From Planctomycetota bacterium (GTDB lineage Bacteria > Pseudomonadota > Gammaproteobacteria > Eutrophobiales > Eutrophobiaceae), in contig JBLIML010000006.1 in the NCBI GenBank assembly GCA_047638675.1, forward strand, positions 1-52,018: 52,018 nt of DNA, given 5' to 3'. A program made the position numbers and the translations under genes. The notes under the pieces are model-generated. The model was not told the DNA's origin, did not search any database, and saw only the letters and a list, made by a program, of their open reading frames with translations. Below, piece after piece: positions 23,086-35,386 of this stretch. Each line of letters opens with the position of its first letter. Position 1 is the first letter of the stretch.

Positions 23086-23547
23086 TTACACACTTCTAAG
23101 ACCCGTATGACCGAAGCCCCCGGAACCACGTTGGCTCTGTTCAAACTCTTTAACAATTTCGAAATCGGCCTGGACTACCGGTATGAACACCATTTGTGCC
23201 ATTCGATCTCCCGGATTTATTTCGAACATTTGGTCACTTCGATTCCAGCAAGAGACGAATACCTGTCCCTGATAGTCTGAATCGATCAAACCGGTAAGAT
23301 TACCCAAAACAATGCCATGTTTGTGCCCAAGGCCCGAACGGGGCAATAAAACCGCGGCCAAACCGGGGTCGCCAATGTGCAGGGCAAAGCCTGTAGGGAC
23401 TAAAACACAGGCCTTCGGTTCAAGACGTAATTGCTCATCAAGGCAGGCGCAAATGTCCACTCCTGCCGAGCCGGGTGTAGCATAGGCCGGCAAGGGAAAC
23501 TCTGTGCCCAGGCGTGGATCAATGAGCTTTATTTGAATGTTTTTCAT
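23086..23547 (-). CDS. dut: dUTP diphosphatase
   Basis: Motifs [25 protein letters not shown]. Confidence 0.97.
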   Translation of the reverse strand: MKNIQIKLIDPRLGTEFPLPAYATPGSAGVDICACLDEQLRLEPKACVLVPTGFALHIGDPGLAAVLLPRSGLGHKHGIVLGNLTGLIDSDYQGQVFVSCWNRSDQMFEINPGDRMAQMVFIPVVQADFEIVKEFEQSQRGSGGFGHTGLRSV

Positions 23548-24733
23548 AGTAATTTTTTACAATGACGTGAAGTAGCTGACGCGCCAATTTATCTTTTGGT
23601 GCGGTGGGCAAAGACAAGTTGCCGCCGGGCCAGAAAACTTCCAGGGCGTTGTCATCAACGTCAAAAGCCAGCCCATTTCCAACGAGATTTGCAGCTATCA
23701 TATCCAGTCCTTTGCCTTCCATTTTCTTGATTGCGTTATTTTTCAATGACTGGGTCTCCGCAGCAAAACCAACCGTAAATGGCGGTCCATTTAAACTGGC
23801 TACATCTCCAAGGACATCGGGCGTTTTTTTCAATTGAAGAGATATTGATTGCTTGTTTTTTTTAATCTTTTGATCGGCGACGTCCTCGCACTGATAATCG
23901 GCGACCGCAGCCGCAGCTATGAAGATATCGACGCTGTCTGCAATGTTTAGCACAGCATCACGCATCTCTTTCGCGGTACCTACTTTGACACAATTTATCT
24001 TATCTGGTGCTTCCAGATCCACTGGACCAGAGACAAGCGTTACGTTTGCACCTGCCTCCAACGCTGCTCGGGCGATAGCATAACCCATCTTCCCGGAACT
24101 CCTGTTTGTAATGTATCTAACCGGATCAATTGGCTCCCTTGTAGGTCCCGCTGTAACGACAACATGCTTACCTGCAAGACTTCCGTTTTCGAATACCGCT
24201 TGAATCGCACGCTGCAATTGCTCTGGCTCCAGCATCCTGCCGGGTCCAATTTCGCCACAAGCTTGATCACCCGTCCCCGGGCCTAAAATCTTAATATCTC
24301 GATGCGATATTGTCGCAATGTTTGACTGTGTAGCCGGATTTCGCCACATCTGCTGATTCATGGATGGTGCGACCAACAAGGGAACATCTGCCGCGAGACA
24401 CAGCGTACTTAACAGGTCGTCGGCCAGGCCGTTCGCCAGGCGCGCAATAAAATTGGCAGATGCCGGTGCAATCAAAATCACATCACTCCAGCGCGCCAGC
24501 TCGATATGTCCCATGCCAGATTCGCTGTCATGATCAAGTAGTTCTGTGTACACAGGCCTACCAGATAAGGCCTGCATAGTCAGGGGTGTAATAAATTCAC
24601 ATGCGGCTCGGGTCATGACCACTTGCACCTTGGCGCCCTGATCACGCAAACGCCGGGTTAGCTCAGCGCTCTTGTATGCAGCAATACCACCGGTGACACC
24701 TAGCAGAACACGTTTATTAAAGAGCGTTTTCAT
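23519..24733 (-). CDS. coaBC: Phosphopantothenoylcysteine decarboxylase/ligase
   Basis: Motifs [50 protein letters not shown]. Confidence 0.97.
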   Translation of the reverse strand: MKTLFNKRVLLGVTGGIAAYKSAELTRRLRDQGAKVQVVMTRAACEFITPLTMQALSGRPVYTELLDHDSESGMGHIELARWSDVILIAPASANFIARLANGLADDLLSTLCLAADVPLLVAPSMNQQMWRNPATQSNIATISHRDIKILGPGTGDQACGEIGPGRMLEPEQLQRAIQAVFENGSLAGKHVVVTAGPTREPIDPVRYITNRSSGKMGYAIARAALEAGANVTLVSGPVDLEAPDKINCVKVGTAKEMRDAVLNIADSVDIFIAAAAVADYQCEDVADQKIKKNKQSISLQLKKTPDVLGDVASLNGPPFTVGFAAETQSLKNNAIKKMEGKGLDMIAANLVGNGLAFDVDDNALEVFWPGGNLSLPTAPKDKLARQLLHVIVKNYYEKHSNKAH

Positions 24734-24867
24734 GAACCCAAGTTTACCTTAAATTAATCAATTTTCGATATTAATCCTGAAAAATACTTGTATTATCTAA
24801 TGCTTGGGCTTGAATATTAATTTCAAAGCCCATTTTGTCACCATCAGCCAAATAACAAGGAGACGTT

Positions 24868-25542
24868 ATGCCGATTACGGACTGGCCGAGAGCCGAGCAA
24901 CCAAGGGAAAAACTCCTCACCCGAGGACCAGCATCTTTATCAGACGCAGAGTTACTGGCGATTTTTATACGCACAGGTATCAAAGGTAAAACCGCTGTTG
25001 ATCTTGCCCGGGAGTTATTAGGGCGATTTGAAAGTTTGCGCTCTCTGTTGGAGGCTGATTTGAGCTGCTTCTGCCAAAGCAAAGGCCTGGGTATGAGCAA
25101 ATTTGTACAGCTCCAGGCAGCACTCGAGCTAGGCAAACGCCACCTGGAGTCGACTCTTAAAAGCCAACACGCATTAAGTAATCCGAAAGAAACTCGTGAT
25201 TACCTCAAAGCGAGATTGCGTGCTTATCATCACGAAGTATTTGCCTGCTTGTTTTTGGATAATCGGCATCGTGTGATTTGCTTTGAGGAATTATTCACGG
25301 GCACCATAGACGGTGCCAGTGTGCATCCGCGGGAAGTGGTAAAACGAGCCTTGTTTCACAACGCTGCAGCAGTTATCCTCGCTCATAATCACCCTTCCGG
25401 GGTTGCTGAGCCTAGTCGAGCCGACCAAAACATCACCCAACGCCTTAAGGATGCTCTGAGCCTGGTTGAAACGCGGGTACTTGATCATGTCATCATTGGT
25501 GATGGAGAAACGGTGTCTTTTGCAGAGAGAGGCCTAATCTAG
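24868..25542 (+). CDS. radC: RadC (JAB/MPN domain) protein
   Basis: Motifs PREKL...G...[19 protein letters not shown]...PS..D, LDHVI. Chromosomal coaBC-radC-rpmB context. Confidence 0.95.
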   Translation: MPITDWPRAEQPREKLLTRGPASLSDAELLAIFIRTGIKGKTAVDLARELLGRFESLRSLLEADLSCFCQSKGLGMSKFVQLQAALELGKRHLESTLKSQHALSNPKETRDYLKARLRAYHHEVFACLFLDNRHRVICFEELFTGTIDGASVHPREVVKRALFHNAAAVILAHNHPSGVAEPSRADQNITQRLKDALSLVETRVLDHVIIGDGETVSFAERGLI

Positions 25543-25571
25543 GCTTATTGTCAGGTTTGGTACACCTGTAC

Positions 25572-25600
25572 TTGGCTCTTGCGCTGTTTCCATGTATAAT
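25572..25600 (+). promoter_or_regulatory. Sigma-70 promoter of rpmBG
   Basis: TTGGCT-N17-TATAAT followed by GC-rich discriminator CCGCGC. Confidence 0.65.
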
Positions 25601-25636
25601 CCGCGCTCTTTTTTGCTTTGTAGCGAGATTTTTACC

Positions 25637-25873
25637 ATGTCACGAATTTGTCAGGTTACCGGTAAACGGCCGATGGCGGGAAACAATGTCTCCCACGCCA
25701 ACAACAAAACGAAACGACGGTTTTTGCCGAATTTGCATGTCCGTCGCTTTTGGCTAGAAAATGAAAAACGCTGGGTACGTTTACGTGTTAGCTGCAAGGG
25801 TTTACGTATTATTGATAAACTCGGTATCGAAAAGGTACTGGCGGACATTAGTGCCCGCAGTAAATCAAACTAG
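25637..25873 (+). CDS. rpmB: 50S ribosomal protein L28
   Basis: [33 protein letters not shown]. Confidence 0.97.
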   Translation: MSRICQVTGKRPMAGNNVSHANNKTKRRFLPNLHVRRFWLENEKRWVRLRVSCKGLRIIDKLGIEKVLADISARSKSN

Positions 25874-25884
25874 GAGGTAATGAT

Positions 25885-26052
25885 ATGGCTGGCAGCGCAA
25901 GGGATAAAATCAAACTGGTGTCTTCGGCAGGTACCGGTCACTACTACACCACCACCAAAAACAAACGCAACATGCCTGACAAGATGGAAATGAAAAAATT
26001 TGATCCTGTTGCCCGCAAGCATGTCTTGTATAAAGAAGCCAAAATTAAATAA
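25885..26052 (+). CDS. rpmG: 50S ribosomal protein L33 (55 aa)
   Basis: Manual translation [63 protein letters not shown]. Below the ORF-track cutoff. Confidence 0.97.
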   Translation: MAGSARDKIKLVSSAGTGHYYTTTKNKRNMPDKMEMKKFDPVARKHVLYKEAKIK

Positions 26053-26073
26053 TCTTTTTGCTAACAAACATCA

Positions 26074-26099
26074 AAAAAACCCGCTAAAGCGGGTTTTTT
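26074..26099. terminator. Bidirectional intrinsic terminator between rpmG and desA
   Basis: AAAAAA-CCCGC-TAAA-GCGGG-TTTTTT. Confidence 0.88.
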
Positions 26100-26118
26100 A
26101 TTGTCATAATGGTTATAG

Positions 26119-27285
26119 CTAAACTTGCGACAATGAATACCCTCGCATCGTCTGGGCAAAGTCCTCAAGCGCTTTAATGCCAGTTTGTTCTGCCTGCTGA
26201 CACCACTCTTGCAAAGCATCAAGCAATCCTTCCTGGCTCGCCGTTTTTTCCTGCCAGAGCGCCTGTAGTTTTTGACGGTACTCATACACGACGGATAAAG
26301 AATGACTTTGTGCCAGCAAATCTTCCAGTCGCTGTTTTGCATGGGTGTCCATCAAATTCTCATGACGGATCAACCAACGTTTGCCACGCTTGAAAAAATC
26401 TTTGCTAGTTTCGCTCGCCTTAGACTTTTCTTCCTTATACACCTGTTTGACAACGTCTCTGGCATAGACAGACATGATGTGTAAGCGGTTGGCAATGACT
26501 GCTTTCACTGTGTCAAGATCAACACCCTCTTTCGCGCTATCATGAGCAAGCTTTGGCGCAAGTTTTTTCACTTTAGCCAAACCCAAAGATTGCATCAACT
26601 TGATATAGCTCCAGCCCAAATCAATTTCGTACCACTTGGAAGAAAATCGCGCTGAGCTGGCGAAGGCGTGGTGATTATTATGTAACTCTTCGCCACCGAT
26701 AAACATTCCAAGAGGGATGATATTAGTAGACGCATCGGCAGATTCAAAATTACGATAACCCCACCAATGACCCAGCCCGTTTATAACACCTGCCGCAAAC
26801 ATCGGAATCCATGCCATTTGAATCGCCCAGATAGTCAATCCAATAAAGCCGAAACAGGCCAAATTGAAGGCGAGCATGATGAAAATCCCCAGAAAAGAAA
26901 ACCGGCTGTAGAGCTTTCTTTCCAGATAATCATCGGGCGTTTGAAATCCGTATTTCTCAAGAGTCTCCGGATTACGGGCCTCCTTGCGATAAAGCTCGGC
27001 ACCTTGCAAAAGAACCTTCAACACACCGACTCTTTGTGGACTGTGTGGATCTTCATCAGCTTCCACACGGGCATGGTGCTTGCGATGAATAGCAACCCAT
27101 TCTTTGGTCACGGTCCCGGTAGTCAGCCATAACCACAGTCGAAAAAAATGACTGATGCAAGGATGAAGATCCAGGGCCCTGTGAGTTTGATGTCTATGCA
27201 AAAATATGGTGACACTGGCAATGGTGACATGGGTAAGTCCCAGCGTAATAAGGACATAAGTCCATACGGGCAAATCATTGTACAT
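26119..27285 (-). CDS. desA: Membrane delta-9 fatty acid desaturase (DesA family)
   Basis: His boxes HRHQTH, HRKHH, HNNHH; DPHSP; helical C-terminal extension. Confidence 0.9.
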   Translation of the reverse strand: MYNDLPVWTYVLITLGLTHVTIASVTIFLHRHQTHRALDLHPCISHFFRLWLWLTTGTVTKEWVAIHRKHHARVEADEDPHSPQRVGVLKVLLQGAELYRKEARNPETLEKYGFQTPDDYLERKLYSRFSFLGIFIMLAFNLACFGFIGLTIWAIQMAWIPMFAAGVINGLGHWWGYRNFESADASTNIIPLGMFIGGEELHNNHHAFASSARFSSKWYEIDLGWSYIKLMQSLGLAKVKKLAPKLAHDSAKEGVDLDTVKAVIANRLHIMSVYARDVVKQVYKEEKSKASETSKDFFKRGKRWLIRHENLMDTHAKQRLEDLLAQSHSLSVVYEYRQKLQALWQEKTASQEGLLDALQEWCQQAEQTGIKALEDFAQTMRGYSLSQV

Positions 27286-27495
27286 AAGTCTTCCTCGCTA
27301 ATATCATTACCATGAATGCTAACGGAGTAGGCTCTGATATTCCAGTATTGAGTTTATAGATAAAAAAGACCAAAAAAAGACCCTTTATCCCGGTCAGGAC
27401 AATGCGAAGGCTAGCTTCCAGCGCAACTTCTCAGGGCAGTCCTGTTACACTTCGTATTTAGAACTTGTAGACTAAACAGAAATAATGATTTCGCC

Positions 27496-28455
27496 ATGGA
27501 CAAGGAAATACTAATCAATGTTGACCAAATTGACCGCTATTATGGTGATCAATGCGCGGTTGATGGAATAAGTTTTTCAGTCACTCGCGGTGAAGTACTG
27601 GGTTTCCTTGGTCCCAATGGTGCAGGCAAATCAACTACGATGCAGATCATCTGCGGCGTATTAGCAGCCAGCAGCGGCACGATTACAATTGCCGGATACG
27701 ATATCGTTGACGATGCCTCGCAGGCCAAGCAACATATTGGCTTTTTGCCTGAACGGCCGCCGCTGTACGACGACCTGACCGTTGATGAATACCTTACGTA
27801 TTGTGCTCGCATCCGTCTGGTCTCCAGAAACAAGCTTGCCAATGCACTTGCCAATAGTAAACAGCGTTGTGGCTTACAGAATCACGGTAAACGCTTGATC
27901 GGAAATCTTTCAAAAGGTTATCAACAACGCGTCGGCATCGCCCAGTCGATCATTCATAATCCTTCAGTGGTTATCCTGGACGAACCAACATCAGGACTGG
28001 ATCCTGTTCAGATTGTAGAAATACGTGAGCTAATTAGCGAGCTTGGCGCAGACCACAGCGTTATATTATCCACACATATATTGCCGGAAGTGCAAAGCAG
28101 CTGTGACCGCGTGTTGATTATAAATCGCGGAAGGTTGGTTCTCGATGAGAAAATTCAATCGCTGCACAACGACTCACATCAAGCATGCTGTACAGTTGCA
28201 TTGCGTAATGCGCCTTTGCTTGAAGAACTGGACAAAATTGAAGGCATTACACATGTTGATAGTCTCGACCAATTTCGATTTCGAATTATATATAGACGCG
28301 ACATAAACCTGCCCCAGCAGTTGGCAGACATCGCTGCGGCGTCCAATTGGGGATTATTTGAATTGATCCCGGAACAGGATTCCCTGGAACAGACTTTCGT
28401 TCGCCTTACGCGCGGCGAGCTTGATCAGCCTCCGAACATAGACAAAAATCTGTGA
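27496..28455 (+). CDS. ABC transporter ATP-binding protein (GldA-like)
   Basis: Motifs GPNGAGKST, LSKGYQQRVG, ILDEPT, STH. Confidence 0.9.
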   Translation: MDKEILINVDQIDRYYGDQCAVDGISFSVTRGEVLGFLGPNGAGKSTTMQIICGVLAASSGTITIAGYDIVDDASQAKQHIGFLPERPPLYDDLTVDEYLTYCARIRLVSRNKLANALANSKQRCGLQNHGKRLIGNLSKGYQQRVGIAQSIIHNPSVVILDEPTSGLDPVQIVEIRELISELGADHSVILSTHILPEVQSSCDRVLIINRGRLVLDEKIQSLHNDSHQACCTVALRNAPLLEELDKIEGITHVDSLDQFRFRIIYRRDINLPQQLADIAAASNWGLFELIPEQDSLEQTFVRLTRGELDQPPNIDKNL

Positions 28456-29201
28456 ATTCTATAGTTACAATAGCAAGCCATGAACTAAGGCGATTTTTTC
28501 TTTCACCGTTCGCCTGGATTATTCTAGCGAGCGTACAGTTTTTACTCGCCATTTTCTTTTACTTATTATTGTCAAAATTTATGGAATCCGGGCCATGGTA
28601 TGCTGGCCGCGGTTTGACTGAAGTCGTTGTCGTCGGATTGTTACAGATCACGGGCATTGTTCTTTTGCTCATTTCTCCCTTCGTCACTATGCGTTTATTT
28701 AGTGATGAATTACGCAGTGGCACGATTAAGTTATTATTATCTTCGCCTGTTTCTATAACAGAAATAGTGCTTGGTAAATTTCTTGGCGCTATGACATTCC
28801 TCCTTATCCTGATCGCCCTAATCTCGTTCATGCCCTTCTCACTAATCGCTGGCACCAGCCTCGATCTGGGTCTACTGGCTTCAGGGCTGATGGCATTAGT
28901 ATTATTGTCATCTGTTTTTGCAGCCATAGGACTGTTTGTTTCAAGCCTGAGCAAATCTCCACCAGTGTCTGCCTTTAGCAGCTTCATGCTCATGTTTCTC
29001 CTCTGGATAATTCATATTGCAAATGATGCGGATAACGAACAGCTTCAAACTATAGCCAACTATCTTTCTTTACAAAAACATTTCAACTCGCTTTTGAGCG
29101 GCGCCTTCAATTCTGTCGATGTTGTTTATTACCTGTTGCTTACAACATTTTTTATCGTTCTTTGTATCTGGCGTCTGGATGCTCTGCGCACTCACCAATG
29201 A
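28452..29201 (+). CDS. ABC-2 permease (GldF-like)
   Basis: About six TMs; TMRLFSDE.RSGT..LL.SSP.S...IVLGKF. Confidence 0.88.
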   Translation: MNSIVTIASHELRRFFLSPFAWIILASVQFLLAIFFYLLLSKFMESGPWYAGRGLTEVVVVGLLQITGIVLLLISPFVTMRLFSDELRSGTIKLLLSSPVSITEIVLGKFLGAMTFLLILIALISFMPFSLIAGTSLDLGLLASGLMALVLLSSVFAAIGLFVSSLSKSPPVSAFSSFMLMFLLWIIHIANDADNEQLQTIANYLSLQKHFNSLLSGAFNSVDVVYYLLLTTFFIVLCIWRLDALRTHQ

Positions 29202-30559
29202 AAAAACAAAAACAATTGCGTCTAATAAGCGCTTTCACGGCGATGCTCCTACTTATACTTTTCTCCTTGTTCGCCTGGCTTAGCACCCGTTATAACTTCG
29301 AAACTGATTTAACTCGCACAGGTAGACACACCTTATCCACCGCAAGTCAGCTGACACTGGAACGAGCAGTCAAACCTTTGAGCATAAGCGCCTATGCTCG
29401 AGAAAACTCCGAGTTACGTTTACTCATTACAAAATTTGTTGGGAAATTCCAAAGTTTAAAACCAGACATCTCCCTCCGATTCGTCAATCCCGACTCAGCT
29501 CCTGACGACGTGCGAAAATTGGGCATCAATGTTAATGGCGAATTGATACTTGTCTATGAGGGCCGCACAGAACACGTTAAGTCGAACAGTGAGCAGGCCT
29601 TTATTAATGCCCTGAACAGATTACTGCGTGGCACTGAACGGTGGTTGGCCTTTCTTGAAGGCCATGGTGAGCGGCACCCCATTGGCAAAGCGAATCATGA
29701 CCTCGGAGAATGGGCAGAACAACTCAGCTATCGCGGTTTCAAATTTCGGCCTCTAAATCTGGCGGAAACAAACGCCATTCCAGTCAATACCTCTGTTTTA
29801 ATTATTGCCAGCCCATTGGTCGCATTATTGCCCGGCGAGCTTTCTATAATCGAAGACTATCTCAATAAGGGTGGTAATTTACTCTGGTTAATCGATCCAG
29901 GCGTAGACTCCGGCATGGAATCGATAGCAAACCTGCTTGGAATCGCTTCCCTGCCCGGCGTGGTCATTGATACTGCAGGTCAGTTACTCGGCATCAGTGA
30001 TCCAACTATTGCATTAACCACAGCTCGACTTTATCCGGAACATCCGATCACCACGGGTTTTGATTTAACGGTATTTTTTCCAAAAGTGACCGCCATTGCA
30101 TCCCAGCCCAGAAAAGGCTGGCTGAGCCGGCCAGTGTTGATGAGTGGCAATCACACCTGGCTGGAGCTGGGAGAGCTTCACGGCGAGATTGATTTCAACC
30201 CCGCACAAGAACAACAGGGACCCCTTACGCTTGGCTTGAGCCTGGAACGAGTAGTAGGCTCGAGTGAAGATGATGAAAAGGAAGACAGGCAACAACGTGT
30301 CCTTGTCTTAGGTGATGGAGATTTTTTATCCAATACATATGTTGGCAATAGCGGAAATCTTGAGCTCGGCATGCGCATGGTCAATTGGTTAAGCAGTGAT
30401 GACAGCCTGATTTCCATCCCCACTCGCGCGATTGATGATGCCCAACTTAATATGTCCCAGTGGGCTCTCGGCGCTATTGGCCTATGCTTTTTGCTGATAT
30501 TTCCGCTTGTCTTTATCGGCATCGGCTTTTTCGTATGGTGGCGCCGAAAAAAACTATAG
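29198..30559 (+). CDS. ABC transporter auxiliary component (GldG family)
   Basis: N- and C-terminal TMs; DLT...HTLS, FL.GHGE, GGNLL.L.DP, GDGDFLSN..GN..L...VNWL. ATGA coupling at 29198. Confidence 0.85.
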   Translation: MKKQKQLRLISAFTAMLLLILFSLFAWLSTRYNFETDLTRTGRHTLSTASQLTLERAVKPLSISAYARENSELRLLITKFVGKFQSLKPDISLRFVNPDSAPDDVRKLGINVNGELILVYEGRTEHVKSNSEQAFINALNRLLRGTERWLAFLEGHGERHPIGKANHDLGEWAEQLSYRGFKFRPLNLAETNAIPVNTSVLIIASPLVALLPGELSIIEDYLNKGGNLLWLIDPGVDSGMESIANLLGIASLPGVVIDTAGQLLGISDPTIALTTARLYPEHPITTGFDLTVFFPKVTAIASQPRKGWLSRPVLMSGNHTWLELGELHGEIDFNPAQEQQGPLTLGLSLERVVGSSEDDEKEDRQQRVLVLGDGDFLSNTYVGNSGNLELGMRMVNWLSSDDSLISIPTRAIDDAQLNMSQWALGAIGLCFLLIFPLVFIGIGFFVWWRRKKL

Positions 30560-30566
30560 TCTTCCT

Positions 30567-31421
30567 GTGAATAAACGTATTGTTACAAGCCTGCTATTGC
30601 TGATAGTCGTTAGCGTTTTACTTGTGTTTTTTTTCCTCAGTGAAGAAAAGAAAACTGGCACCGAAATAATAACATTGAGTGATATCGAAGCAGAAAGCAT
30701 TAGACACATTGTTATTCAAAGGAAAAGCCGTGAAAAAATCGAATTTATCCTGAAGCAAGGCCACTGGTTCATGTCTTTGCCATTTGAAGCCAGGGCAAAT
30801 GTGACGCGGATTGAAGCAATGTTGCGTCTCCTGAGGCTCAGAAGCTTCGCACAAGTTGATCGGATCATCTCTCCATTGGCGTCATATCAACTGGATCCCG
30901 CGGCTATCACACTTCATATGGACAAGCATGAGTTTCATTTTGGCACGACCAGTCCCCTGGATGGTCGACGTTATGTAAGCTTTAACAATACGATACATCT
31001 TGTTAACGATAATCTATTTCATCAATTACACCAATCGCCGATGTTTTTCGTTAGTCCCCGGTTAATTCCAGCCGAAGAAATAATCACATCCATTCAGATT
31101 GCTGACCAAGTCGTAAGTAAGATAGGGTTCAACTGGACTTTGTCACCCCTCAATAATGACATTGCTGAAGAACAACTAATTAATCTGGCGGACGCATGGC
31201 AAACAGGGCGGGCGCGACAGGTAGCCCAATATGTTCCCCGTAACTCAAATGAAAAAATTATTGTGACACTAAGAAGTGGGCGTACCGCTCAGTTTGATAT
31301 AGTTTCAATAACACCCACGCTGATCCTGGGGAGAGCCGACCTTGCCCTGCAGTACCATCTGGACAGTGATGTATCCGAGAAACTATTTCTTCCAGATAAC
31401 AAACCAAATGAAGACAGCTAA
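30567..31421 (+). CDS. DUF4340-like membrane-anchored protein
   Basis: N-terminal TM, W....P...RAN..RI..ML, FG...P....RYV. Usual position after GldG. Likely GTG start at 30567. Confidence 0.7.
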   Translation: MNKRIVTSLLLLIVVSVLLVFFFLSEEKKTGTEIITLSDIEAESIRHIVIQRKSREKIEFILKQGHWFMSLPFEARANVTRIEAMLRLLRLRSFAQVDRIISPLASYQLDPAAITLHMDKHEFHFGTTSPLDGRRYVSFNNTIHLVNDNLFHQLHQSPMFFVSPRLIPAEEIITSIQIADQVVSKIGFNWTLSPLNNDIAEEQLINLADAWQTGRARQVAQYVPRNSNEKIIVTLRSGRTAQFDIVSITPTLILGRADLALQYHLDSDVSEKLFLPDNKPNEDS

Positions 31422-31475
31422 AGTGACAAATGTAAGGCCGATGCCCGCAGTTTTAGTTTACTAGAGCAATTTAAT

Positions 31476-32291
31476 ATGCCCGAATTACCTGAAGTCGAAA
31501 CGACACGTCTAGGCATAGAGCCTCACGTGCTAGGGCAGACTATATCCAAAGTTATCGTTCGAAACAGACAATTGCGCTGGCCTGTTCCTGCAACACTTAA
31601 CAGCCGTCTACAGGGCGAAAAAATAGAAAAGGTCGATCGCCGCGGAAAATATATACTTTTGCAAGTGGCGCAAGGAACAACGCTTATCCACCTCGGCATG
31701 TCCGGCAGTCTGCGGATTGTTGAAGCAAGCGTGGCTCCGGAAAAACACGACCATGTTGACCTGGTTTTGACAAATGGCAAATCTTTGAGAATGCGAGATC
31801 CCAGACGATTCGGTTCTGTATTGTGGGCTGGCAAAGAACCTTTCCAGCATAAACTACTTAAAGAACTTGGTCCGGAACCTTTAGAAGAAAATTTCACAGG
31901 CGACTATTTATATGCCTTGTCTCGTCGACGAAGTCAGGCCATCAAAACATTTATAATGGATTCGCACAAAGTTGTTGGCGTCGGAAATATCTATGCAAGC
32001 GAATCTTTGTTTCGCTGTGGAATTCATCCCTTACGTGCCGCGGGCAAAATTTCGAAACAACGCTATGAAAAACTGGTCGTGGCGATCAAGCAGGTATTGA
32101 ACGACGCTATTTACAATGGGGGCACTACCTTGCGAGATTTTGTCAACGAAGCGGGAGAACCAGGTTATTTTGCCCAAAAACTGAACGTCTATGGACGAAA
32201 TAATGAACCTTGTTATCTATGTAAAAACCCTGTTCGCCAAATCGTTTTGTCACAGCGCTCGACTTTCTATTGTCCACATTGTCAACGCTAG
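31476..32291 (+). CDS. mutM: Formamidopyrimidine-DNA glycosylase
   Basis: MPELPEVET, HLGMSG, DPRRFG, GVGNIYA.E, C-terminal zinc finger. Confidence 0.97.
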   Translation: MPELPEVETTRLGIEPHVLGQTISKVIVRNRQLRWPVPATLNSRLQGEKIEKVDRRGKYILLQVAQGTTLIHLGMSGSLRIVEASVAPEKHDHVDLVLTNGKSLRMRDPRRFGSVLWAGKEPFQHKLLKELGPEPLEENFTGDYLYALSRRRSQAIKTFIMDSHKVVGVGNIYASESLFRCGIHPLRAAGKISKQRYEKLVVAIKQVLNDAIYNGGTTLRDFVNEAGEPGYFAQKLNVYGRNNEPCYLCKNPVRQIVLSQRSTFYCPHCQR

Positions 32292-32371
32292 GATGGTTAT
32301 ATTGTCGCTGGTTCCACGGAACTCGAGCCAGGCTTAGTTACGACATAAAAATCGAATTCCGACACCAGTCA

Positions 32372-34328
<1,957 letters not shown>

Positions 34329-34808
34329 TTATTTCGCCAGACGCTCGCGCAAGGCGTGCTTTACGCTCTCGTGCACAAAGTTACTGACATCTCCACCTAA
34401 ACTAGCGACTTCACGAACTAAACTGGAAGATATAAAACTGAGATGCTCTGCAGGTGTTAAAAATACGGTTTCAGCATCCTCGTTCAAGTGACGATTCATG
34501 CCTGCCATCTGAAATTCATTTTCAAAATCGGAGACCGCTCGCAAGCCGCGAACTATCACCTTAGCGCCTCTTTCTCGCGCAAACGCCGTCATTAGTCCAT
34601 CAAAACGGCACACTTCGACGCGGTCCAATCCCTCCAATGCCTGTTTTGCCATTTCCACGCGTTCGTCAATGGTAAATGCGGTCGTTTTGCTTGTGCTTTT
34701 AGCGACAGCAACAATGATCTTATCGAACAAGCTTGTTGCTCTGGCGACGATATCGCTATGACCATTTGTAATCGGGTCAAATGTGCCCGGATATATGGCT
34801 GTTAACAT
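34329..34808 (-). CDS. coaD: Phosphopantetheine adenylyltransferase
   Basis: Motifs YPGTFDPITNGH, RGLRAVSDFE, ISSS.VRE. Confidence 0.97.
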   Translation of the reverse strand: MLTAIYPGTFDPITNGHSDIVARATSLFDKIIVAVAKSTSKTTAFTIDERVEMAKQALEGLDRVEVCRFDGLMTAFARERGAKVIVRGLRAVSDFENEFQMAGMNRHLNEDAETVFLTPAEHLSFISSSLVREVASLGGDVSNFVHESVKHALRERLAK

Positions 34809-35386
34809 TCTTTTGTTTCTCTCCCTAAGCTGCTTTCCAATAACATGTAATGAACTTTGCCTGCTTTGCCCTGTTTCGAAATCGTGTATGCCGAGGTGAT
34901 GGCTATATCACCATCGCTTTCGAGGTAGACAAGTGCTTTTGACCCTAAGTGTCCCTTGTTAAGCAACGTCTCACAAGTGTTCTGCAGAAGATTTTTTGAA
35001 AAAGGGGGATCCAGAAAGACAATATCAAATTTCTCTACCGAGGCGTCGAGGTAGTTCATCGCGTCATCGCAAACGATATTTAAGCCTGCTGTTTGAAATT
35101 CTCTTGACTGTTGAACCAACATATTCACGCTATTCCTGTTTTGCTCCACCATGGTAACCCTGGCGGCACCACGGGACAGCGCTTCAAAGCCCAAAGCCCC
35201 GCTGCCGGCAAATAAATCCAGGCAGTTGGCCCCATCAATGACGGGTGACAACCAGTTAAAAAGAGTTTCACGAACGCGAGAGGGTGTCGGTCTCAGTTCC
35301 ACGTTTTCCGGCAATTTAATCTTACGGCCGCGCCATTTGCCGCCGATTATGCGGATCTTGCCAGATGTTGGGCGAGCCTGCTTCAG
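34802..35386 (-). CDS. rsmD: 16S rRNA m2G966 methyltransferase
   Basis: IRIIGGKWRGRK lies upstream of the track's TTG start; also RPT..RVRETLFNWL, LDLFAGSGALG.EALSRGA, FLDPPF. The only plausible start is CTG at 35386, with SD AAGGAG 5 nt upstream. Confidence 0.9.
   Translation of the reverse strand: MKQARPTSGKIRIIGGKWRGRKIKLPENVELRPTPSRVRETLFNWLSPVIDGANCLDLFAGSGALGFEALSRGAARVTMVEQNRNSVNMLVQQSREFQTAGLNIVCDDAMNYLDASVEKFDIVFLDPPFSKNLLQNTCETLLNKGHLGSKALVYLESDGDIAITSAYTISKQGKAGKVHYMLLESSLGRETKEC

Noticed and set aside
24868-25542. radC as a marker of a mobile element
   Set aside because: This is the full-length chromosomal type in the conserved coaBC-radC-rpmBG context.
26119-26500. DesA C-terminal region resembling a transposase fragment
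   Set aside because: It is an in-frame extension typical of proteobacterial DesA. No inverted repeats or DDE triad are visible.
31419-31444. Sigma-28-like TAAA...GCCGATGC upstream of mutM
   Set aside because: Spacing is 14 rather than 15, the -10 end is poor, and the target is implausible.
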